From Antedon mediterranea (lineage: Eukaryota > Animalia > Echinodermata), in NCBI RefSeq assembly GCF_964355755.1, contig NC_092670.1, positions 21,128,795 through 21,192,794 on the forward strand: 64,000 nt of DNA, written 5' to 3'. The position numbers and the translations under genes were made by a program. Positions 37,401 through 47,100 of this stretch are shown in pieces (positions within the stretch are counted from its first letter, which is position 1; each line of letters starts with the position of its first letter). A model generated the notes under the pieces. That model searched no databases and was not told the origin of the DNA. It saw nothing but the letters and a program-made list of their open reading frames with translations.

Positions 37401-40400
37401 TATTATGGAATAACAAATGCAGTCACTGTGAATATGAATTGTTGACACCTACACCTTGTGATGCATTTTGGAAAATATTTGTATCTTCCTGCAAACTCCT
37501 ACATTTAAGTGACCAACTTCTAGTATGGACAATTTGAAAGTTCCTAAAGCTCTGTCTACACTACCAAACTAGTTTGACAAAAAAGTGTGATGTGCTCAAA
37601 TATGGTAATGATATGACATCATCCCATTGCATCATCATCATGATGTGTAGACAGAGCTTAATAGTTATTGTATTTAAAACTTTTTTGGTGTTTTTATCTT
37701 ATATTTTTCAAATAAAAAAAAAAGTCCCTCACTTTAGATTTTTAAGGACTCCTTCTGTCTCCTTTTCTTTGCTTCTTAATCTCTTGATCACTTTTGAATT
37801 CTGTAACTGTTGCTTTGATAGTTTCTCACCTTCAGACAATAGCTCCTGAATCTGTGTATCTTTTTCTTTTATCATCTCAGCCAGCTTTGTATCCCCTTCC
37901 CTGAAACGATACAATATCAAATAACTAAAAACAACATCAATAACTATGTATAGGCAAAAAAATGTTCATGTGTGTGAAGTAACACGACCAAATATAGGCA
38001 AAATGTGATCATATATAACTATCCCCTTCCCCGAAAAGATACAATAATATCAAATAAGTAAAACAACATCAATGACCATATATAGGCAACGGAATAAATG
38101 CAGTAACATGACCAAATATAGGCAAAATGTAAGAAAAACAATGACATCAATAACATAGTCATATATAGGCAGAATATACGGCCATATATAGGCAAACCAT
38201 GGCCATGTGTGTAGTACCATGACCAAATATAGGCAAAACATTACCATATATAATTCAAGATATAGCATAATAAAAGTGTTTTTACCAAGTATAAAGTAGC
38301 TTTGTGAAATACATTAAGCTGTACAGAATATTATATATATGATGAATAATTTGGTAAATGTACATTAATCAATGTCATAACATAGAGCAAAGGAACAAAG
38401 TGTATTCAGAAGTGTAAACAAAACAACTGTTATACATTATATGTATAGACAAGCAAATATTAATAATTTAAAGACGGATATTGAATTTAAGTCTTAAGGA
38501 GATACATGAACTGATAAAACTATCTTTCTAGGTTGACACACTAACCCTCTCACCAACACATCTTTTATTTTAACCTATTAGTGCACATTAAATAATTATG
38601 ACTTGCACAACAGGTGCAATAATCCATCTATATAACGCCTAAATAAATTCCTGTCATTTGATTGGACAATTGTGGGTCACATGGCGTGCAATAGTACGCA
38701 CTATTAAACGATTGTTTAATAGTACTTTTTTAACATTTTTGTGTACGAAAAAAAAATGTTTCGCGGATGAAAAAAAATCTAGTATACAAAAAGTACTGTA
38801 AAATACAACAGCGCCACCTGTTGTCCTGCCTCTGTTTGTAAATACCACCGCGAGATATGCAACAGCAGCAGATTTTTGTGTACGATTTGGAGATATATAT
38901 GTACTAATTTCATTCAAAAAGGCATTTAAATTAGCTTTAGATCGTTTTTAGGAGTTTGATTAATTAATGGGGACATCCCTACAAGACGTGGAATCGTTGG
39001 AAAAACCATAATTAGCCTAGATAAGTTCCAATTGTCTGTCGAAGTTTTGCCTTTCAGCCAAGCTAGTACAACTACCAGGTCTAGCCTAGCTAGGCCTGTT
39101 AGTATTAGGCTAAGCCTAGGCGTTTTAGCCTTGCTAGGCCTAGGATTGTTTGGTCGTTTGTTGAAATAATTAACACTAAAGTAGGTGTGTTTATAAAATC
39201 CATATAAATATAACATTTAATATAATATTAAAAACCAAATGTTACTGTTTTAATCAATGTGAATGAAATGTAGGCCTCTTGGGTAGGGCTACCTTTTATT
39301 TGATTCAAATGACAGGAATCTATTTAGTGTTATATAAAACAAATAATGAATGTTTTATATTCGTGTAATGGTACAAATAATGGCATTTGGTAAATTATGA
39401 AAGGTTATATCAACTCAGCATTGCCTCGTTGATATAACCTTTCATCATTCACCTCATGCCATTATTTGTACCATTACACTAAAAAACATTCATTATTTGT
39501 ATAACAGCATATAACAGCAACTGTTATTCATATTGTCATCAAATATGGTCAAAATATAATTCATAATATAAGAAGAATATCATGTATCGTTGCATTAAAC
39601 GGAATAAATATTATTACCTTTCTTTTAACAAATTCTGTGTTGATGTTAATTGCCTCTTGAGGTTATCTCGTTCCTAAATAAATAAAAAAATGTGAATGTT
39701 ATTTGATCAACACAATGCATTGAATTTTTTTAGTGTGTCTTGTTGAACAGGTGACAGACATATGGTATTATCTAGTAGCAGCTAGCTATAATACTTTTGT
39801 ACTTTGTGACAATTCTATGTTATCCAAAGGGTGTTCAAAATGATCAGGTATATTAAAACCCCTTCTAGAGTGTACCCACCTTCTGTGAAGACTGTAACTT
39901 GGTTTCCATGGACGCCAATCTATCTGTGAACTCTGTTGTTAAATTATTAACATCTTTTTGTTCTGTTTCACGTAGTTCTTCTGCTTGCTTCAGTTGACTA
40001 AAAATAGAAATAAATGTTAAACACTGTCAGTATCAGTGGCTTTGACTTTGTGGGCGAGACAAATGGTATACAGTATTCCAACACTGGACTCCTATAATCC
40101 TTAGTGTTTCCAGGACTTTTATGCATACTAACCTGCGAAGGATGTTGTTAGTTTCTTGTAAATCAACTGTCTGGCTGCTTAGTGTCAAGATTTGTCGTTC
40201 TCTGGCTTGTAATATTTCTGCATGCTCTGCTAGCTTCTATACACAAATCATGAAGAAGAAATTGTTAAGCAATGTTTTTTATAGTAGCTACTGTTGCAAA
40301 AATATGTACACATGAGCATTTTCAGTGAATATGTGATATATAAATTTGTATTATTTTTATGCTAAATATAGGAATTATAGACATTTTAATACTTGTAATA

Positions 40401-42417
40401 TTTCTGCATGCTCTGCTAGCTTCTCCAACAAATAATACAGAAGAAATTGTTTAGCAATGATTTTTTCAACTGTACTGCTTAGTAGTTACTGTTGCAAAAA
40501 ATATGTACTCTTGAGCATGTTCAGTGGATATTTGCGCTATATACATTTTAATTTTTTTATGCTAAATAGAGAAATTATAGACATTTTAGGTTTAGTTAGG
40601 AAAAAGTACATAAAGATCAGCTCTAACCTTTAATAATTTTTCTGACTCCAAAGGATTGTGGTTGGTTTCATTTGAACATGTCTCTACTTTTGTATCTTTT
40701 GTCCTTGTCTGGTCTTCTAATCTGGAAGTATCTGTAAATAATATTAATTTATTTTGTATATATTCTGTTGTGTAAATACAATTTGAACTATCTTGACTTT
40801 CCATGATAACTATATACAGTATACACTTCAAATTCAATATAAAATGAGACTTAAAATTATTTTATTTAGTATAATTATTTATTGATTTTAATTTACCCAT
40901 CTCATTTGTTTCTGTTGTATTCTTGTGTTTTTTCTCTTTTTCAGCAATTTTTAACAAACCCTCTTGTAATTTGATCTTCATTTTAGGGAGTGAATCTTCC
41001 ACGCCCTTTTCCCCGTCTCCGTTCTCATCACTGCCAAGTGGAGTTGGTGTGTGTCGCCCTCCATGGTCACTAAGGCTGGGAGAAGATTTCTCTGATTCTG
41101 TGTCTGCAGAATATGATGGTGAGAACCTTTGTGAGAGTGTCACAGGATTTTTGTGCAAGACTGTATCTATTGGCAGACATTCATGCATCTCGCTTAGTTT
41201 TCCCTCGGATATCACGCTAAAATCGCTGTCTGGACTTCTCTTTCCGTTCGACGAACACGACATATTTTTTGGAGAGGACACAGTGGACGACTGTGGTATA
41301 TCATACACAGAGGACAACTCGCTTCCGTTCCAGTCACTGATTACTACAAAATCGCTATCGCTCTTCAATGACAAATGGTCATCACTAGGATCCGATTGGT
41401 CAGATTTGCCATCAGATGGTGATTCACTTGACCTTCTGTGCAATTTTTTTACGTCATCTTTTGATTTGTCCTTGATATTTTTTCGAAGGAGTGCCTTCGG
41501 TTTCGAAAGATTAACATTGTCAGAGCTTGACTGAGAATGGTCATCAGAGTCGGAACATTTTAAATCAGCATTCACGACTAAGTTTTTCGTTTGTGACCTT
41601 TGCTCTGAATCAGGGAATTTCTTATTATCATTCAACTTTGACCTATCAGTTGTTTCTATAAAATTGTCCTCTGCCTCTTTCTTAGATTCGTCTTCTACAT
41701 TTTTCTCTGAGAGCTTCTTTCCTTCTTCACTAACATCCTCTTCCTTATTTTGCTTTTTCTTTTCTTCACTCTTTGATTTGACCAATGTTTTTGCTTGTTT
41801 TGTCTTTGGTCCGGAGGTTGACCTGCGTAAAGGTGATCGCGTTTTTGTTGGTTTTACTTCTGGTGAAGAAGAACCACCGGAGTCAAAGAATTCATCAAAA
41901 AAGCTATCAGAGCTCGCACTTGATCTACCGGATCTGATTGATGTCGAGGAAGATGATTTATTTGGCAGCTTGTCAGTTGAAGTGGTACCTCTTGAATCTG
42001 AAAAAATACATATACAGTACTTTCTTGATTATAAATTATAATAATTATAATTATTAATAACTGCAGACAGTATTTGTATTGTAATGTATAAAATAAATTA
42101 TATGTTTATGATTATCTAGTGACACACTGTGCTATCTAATTCGAGTTTGAAGGTATTAACTATAACTAGTATTAGTAATGAGGCTAGGCCTAAGCTATTA
42201 AGTATTACGGTACATGGCAGCAAAGTATTAGAGTAGGCCTACCCTTCTTATTCCCAGATTCATTTGTCACTTTTGCTGACGTTGGTTTGGCCTGGCGTTC
42301 ATTTGGTTGGTCCTCTTCATTTTCGTCGCGAATGTCAAGCGCTCGATCAATTGATTTCTGAGCGTTGGAAAGCGCCGATTTCGCAAAACTAGAAAACCCA
42401 GAATCAAACCAACTCAT
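31460..42417 (-). CDS. TMF1: TATA element modulatory factor 1 (Golgi coiled-coil protein; 18 exons)
   Basis: Exons (minus): 42417-42243 (MSWFDSGFSSFAKSALSNAQKSIDRALDI), 41997-40897, 40731-40628, 40236-40133, 39997-39880, 39673-39618, 37900-37733 (EGEKLSKQQLQNSKVIKRLR), 37325-37240, 36933-36807, 36364-36208, 35864-35717, 35404-35110 (ATKPLLRQIENLQ), 34465-34303, 33391-33269, 33012-32866 (ENLQSQLKQREGEI), 32608-32483, 32176-32066 (LQMYGEKAEEVEELRLDLQDVKSMYRQQ), 31486-31460 (IEDLIRNK*). Confidence 0.95.
31693..32005. repeat. Small MITE-like inverted repeat with tandem partial duplicate
   Basis: taggcaaattctgtaatacagt / actgtattacaggatttgccta; right half repeated about 140 bp downstream. Confidence 0.6.
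32236..32361. mobile_element. PIF/Harbinger-like MITE family A
   Basis: Both TIRs; TAA/TGA flanks. Confidence 0.8.
32686..32830. mobile_element. PIF/Harbinger-like MITE family A
   Basis: Both TIRs; TAA TSD. Confidence 0.85.
33479..33699. mobile_element. Unclassified MITE (second copy at 45296-45496, inverted)
   Basis: Termini agggtaatccaacaacag / ctgttgttagattccct; body shared with 45296-45496. Confidence 0.65.
33727..34270. mobile_element. Kolobok-like MITE (TTAA target)
   Basis: TIR AGATGTATTGTCCCTT; TTAA on both sides; purine termini argue against piggyBac; near-identical inverted copy at 50973-51479. Confidence 0.85.
35945..36082. mobile_element. PIF/Harbinger-like MITE family A
   Basis: Both TIRs; TAA TSD. 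Confidence 0.85.
37548..37658. mobile_element. PIF/Harbinger-like MITE family A (internally deleted)
   Basis: Both TIR ends; TAA TSD. Confidence 0.8.
38629..39503. mobile_element. Non-autonomous element with inverted repeats plus a terminal ~165-bp palindrome (Crypton-like architecture)
   Basis: IR 38629-38659 / 39307-39336 followed directly by hairpin 39339-39500. Confidence 0.6.
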
Positions 42418-42803
42418 ATTCAAAATAAATTTACGATTTTAATTACAAGATTTTATTAAAATACACCTCGGACACGTAACAACCTACATCATATCATTCG
42501 TCGACGAGTCGGAGGTCGACGTTTTGTATACAAATTTCTATAACCTTTCATCCGTGACCAAATTTACATCCTCGTCCGTTTTGTGTCATAAACTTCACAA
42601 TATTTTCTCTAGGCCTAGGCTAGCCTATTGTAGTTTAATAAATGGTTTAAAACATATAGACTATAAATGTTTTAAATTCAAATATTCTAAAAGAACACAA
42701 AATGCATTAAATATAAAATATTTAAATTCCCAAGGCTATTTCTTTTGTATCCAATTTTCGTTTTATAGTACAATCATCTTATAGCCGACAGAATCCTTCA
42801 GCT

Positions 42804-42914
42804 TCCCCAGTGGCTCAGTCGGTTAGCGCGCCGTACTTATAAACAGTACATGGCTTCGCCTTTACTACTGCTTAGGAAATGCGGAGGTCGAGAGTTCGAT
42901 CCTCTCCTGGGGAA
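42804..42914 (+). tRNA. tRNA-Ile(UAU) with 37-nt intron (42842-42878)
   Basis: Acceptor TCCCCAG/CTGGGGA, D-arm with TGGCTCAGTCGG, anticodon stem CCGTA/TGCGG with loop CT-TAT-A^A, T-arm GAGAG-TTCGATC-CTCTC, T6 terminator 4 nt downstream. Confidence 0.93.
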
Positions 42915-43404
42915 CTATTTTTTACTTACTGATGGAAATTACTATTTTTTATAATATCTTTTTTACCAATCAGAAAGAAATTTTTTCAATCAGATATATA
43001 GTATATATTTATTATTTAAATTGCCGGCCAAGGCATTTTTCTCAATTTTAAGTTCCTCTTTCGGACTACAGTACATAACAATTAAACAGCGGCGTCATTA
43101 CTAATTTTTATATAAAATATTAATTGAATCATATAATTTGAAGTATTCATTTCCAATAATATTAACAATAATAATGCGTATAAAACCATTTTTATATACA
43201 TCTTGGTTTTTATCAAATATCTTTGTACATACTATGTACGTGAACGTACCAAAACATTGTCATATTATTATTATTTATTTTTTTTTTTAATTGCATTAAA
43301 ACTGATTACTAATGGTTTGTAGAATCAGGCATACGATGAACAATTAATTGAATATTTTGGACTTTAATATATCTGATTAAAAGGCATCTTATATTCATTT
43401 ACCA

Positions 43405-43530
43405 TTTAGTCATATTGCCAAGGATAGTCAGCGAGTTCTTTCACTGTCCTTCTAAAAGGTGGCAATCGCGTTCTCAGACAAATGTATACAACATACAATG
43501 CTCTACATAAAATAGTCTTTGGGAGTGGAG
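43405..43530 (-). mobile_element. SINE 3' fragment related to 30119-30358
   Basis: ttgccaaggata..agcga..tccttct..aaaggtggcaatc shared with the 30119 copy. Confidence 0.6.
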
Positions 43531-43814
43531 TATAATATAGCAGAATTTAATATCACCCCTATCCTCGTCCAACCACCATAGAGGTGACAAGCCATAGTAC
43601 AGACTTATAAAACAACAGGCTCTATAATATAATATATATATATGAAGGGCTAGTGTTGCCCGAAAACTCTGCTAACTTTTCTGGCTGTTTTACTTTATCG
43701 TTTTGATTTAGCTGTTTGCTTTTTTTTTGTATCTCCATTGAGATCTAGCCACTGATACCCACAGCATTGTAAATTTTTCAGTAATTTGCCTTTGGATTTA
43801 TATATATGTAATAA

Positions 43815-44040
43815 TATATAATGCAACATTTAGCGCTATTTCATGAAGATCAGAGCGCTGTGGACTTAGATGTTACACCTTTTCAACAACATTTCTCCCC
43901 TAAGGGTCACATTGTGTCATCTGCAGCCAATTACAGCGCCATTTCGTCTGTCCACGACAATGTGTGTGAACTAGTACATCGGGGTAACCCCCTACTCGTC
44001 TCGAAAGATGTACTAGGTTCTTTAAAGTTCACACAAGCAA
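43815..44040 (-). mobile_element. 5'-truncated Deu/Nin-domain SINE with an L2-like tail
   Basis: Core ctttaaagaacctagtacatctttcgagacgagtagggggttaccccg nearly identical to 29563-29611; tail agcgctctgatcttcatgaaatagcgcta. Confidence 0.7.
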
Positions 44041-44185
44041 TATGTATTTTGTAAACACTTGAACCAACAACCATGTGATTGGTAGGGATAAACTGTTCAA
44101 TAATAGTTAGTAAAATTGCTTTGTTGCCTATTCAATATCAGCACCTTTCATTATTTGTTTTGAGCTCTTATACTTGAATAAATTG

Positions 44186-47100
44186 TTATTTTTTAGGGCA
44201 AGAACGCCTTGTATGTCCTGCAAAATAGAGCAAATAAAAACATTTCAATTGTTACTAGTAAATTAATTAGTGGAAAATTACTTCCATTTATAAATAAAAC
44301 TTGATTATACCTTGTACACCACAAACACCACATGTTGGCTTCTTCCTTTTTGAATTGTCTTCACTCCCACTATTACTGCTACCACGTCCTAATTAAAACA
44401 AAATAAAGTGTTTATAAACGCCTCTATAATTTATAAAACCAAAATTTATGGTTCAAATGTATGTAAACTTACATTAATATGCATATATACAGTATATAAG
44501 TATTTAGACTAAAAATATGATACTTACTTCTTGAAGTAGCACCTCTGTACGACCCTCTTCCTCCTCTTGATGCTAAACCACTTCCTCCACCCCTTCCCCT
44601 TCCCCTTCCTCCTCCTCCTCCTCCTCCTCCTCCACCATTATTGCCAATACCGTCAACCCATTCAAAAAAGCCACATTGACTTTCTCTAGGTTTTGAACAA
44701 GTATAGAATTGCCGGCCCTGGTTGTCTCCTTCCTTCTGCACTGTTCTCCTGCCAAAGTGTATAAATATTCGTAATGGCTAATGCATATTCATAATGGCTA
44801 ATACATATTCATAATGGCTAATGCATATTCATAATGGCTAATACATATTCATGAATTACATAATCTTCAACAATAGTCAACAAGATAATTTATGTTGTTA
44901 TTAAATGTAATTGACGTCAAGAAGGAGAAATAAAAACTTACGTAACAGCAGTTGCATTACACTTGCAGACAACTTCTCCCCAGACATTGGAACTAGAATT
45001 CTCATCACGCATCTCATTACTGGAACTATTGGCGCCACCACTAAAACTACCACCAAATCCTGGATCAAAGTTCTGTGTGCTAGAATTCCAATTGCTTCCT
45101 GATGAGGTTGAGGGCGGTTTATTAGCATCCGCCCACAAGAAGAAGTTACACGTTCCTGATTGACACTTGTAAAATTGTTTACCTTGAACATAAAGAGTCC
45201 TGCATATTATATTAATATTCAAATATGTAAACTTGCTAGATAGATGGATCTAAGTTAAATTTGGATAATTAAAATGCAATATCTTAGTAAAAGCCAGGCA
45301 ATCTAACAACGGGATGCTAGGCTCTGGAGATCAAAGGTTTATTTGTGGCTGAGATCAGTTTCACACCTCTTAACAGAAACTGCGCGCGGTGGAGAATATG
45401 TACATACACAGTACAGTGTATTGTTGGTATTTGTCACAGCCAGACATAAGATCAAAGGACTGTTACAAGTACCTATCATGGCAAGGCGAGCTCAGTGGGT
45501 TTTCTATCTCTCTACCTCGCACCTCTCTCTGCTCATGGCTCTCTCTACGCACTCATCTATCCTTCACACAACCTACTCTACCCGTTACTCCTCTCCCTCT
45601 CCCTATGCACTCATTTATCCCTCACACTACCTACTCTAGCCTTTACTCCTCTCTCTACTCACTCCTCCCCCTCTCCACTCATGATTCTTTCTACTCACTC
45701 CTTCATCTACTCATGACTCTCCCTACGCATTCATCTATCCCTTACACTACCTACTCTACCCTTTACTGATCCTCTCTCTATGCATTCATGCTTATTTATA
45801 TACCTGTATTTGGACCTTCTTTCTATGCACTCATCTATCCCTCACACTACCTACTCTACCCTTACTCCTTTCTTATGCACTCATCTATCCCTCACACTAC
45901 CTACTCTACACTTACTCCTTTCTTATGCACTCATCTATCCCTCACACTACCTACTCTACACTTACTCCTTTCTTATGCACTCATCTATCCCTCACACTAC
46001 CTACTCTACCCTTACTCCTTTCTTATGCACTCATCTATCGCTCACACTACCTACTCTACCCTTACTCCTTTCTTATGCACTCATCTATCGCTCACACTAC
46101 CTACTCTACCCTTACTCCTTTCTTATGCACTCAGCTATCCCTCACACTACCTACTCTACCCTTACTCCTTTCTTATGCACTCATCTATCCCTCACACTAC
46201 CTACTCTACCCTTACTCCTTTCTTATGCACTCATCTATCCCTCACACTACCTACTCTACCCTTACTCCTTTCTTATGCACTCATCTATCCCTCACACTAC
46301 CTACTCTACCCTTACTCCTTTCTTATGCACTCATCTATCCCTCACACTACCTACTCTACCCTTACTCCTTTCTTATGCACTCATCTATCCCTCACACTAC
46401 CTACTCTACCCTTACTCCTTTCTTATGCACTCATCTATCGCTTACACTACCTACTCTACCCTTACTCCTTTCTTATGCACTCATCTATCCCTCACACTAC
46501 CTACTCTACCCTTACTCCTTTCTTATGCACTCATCTATCGCTTACACTACCTACTCTATCCTTACTCCTTTCTTATGCACTCATCTATCCCTCACACTAC
46601 CTACTCTACCCTTACTCCTTTCTTATGCACTCATCTATCGTTTACACTACCTACTCTACCCTTACTCCTTTCTTATGCACTCATCTATCCCTCACACTAC
46701 CTACTCTACACTTACTCCTTTCTTATGCACTCATCTATCCCTCACACTACCTACTCTACCCTTACTCCTTTCTTATGCACTCATCTATCCCTCACACTAC
46801 CTACTCTACCCTTACTCCTTTCTTATGCACTCATCTATCCCTCACACTACCTACTCTACCCTTACTCCTTTCTTATGCACTCATCTATCGCTTACACTAC
46901 CTACTCTACCCTTACTCCTTTCTTATGCACTCATCTATCGCTTACACTACCTACTCTACCCTTTACTCCTTTCTTATGCACTCATCTATCCCTCACACTA
47001 CCTACTCTACCCTTACTCCTTTCTTATGCACTCATCTATCCCTTACACTACCTACTCTACCCTTACTCCTTTCTTATGCACTCATCTATCCCTCACACTA

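Noticed and set aside
40923-42041. Plus-strand ORFs of 203 and 125 aa
   Set aside because: Antisense shadows of the large low-complexity TMF1 exon 2.
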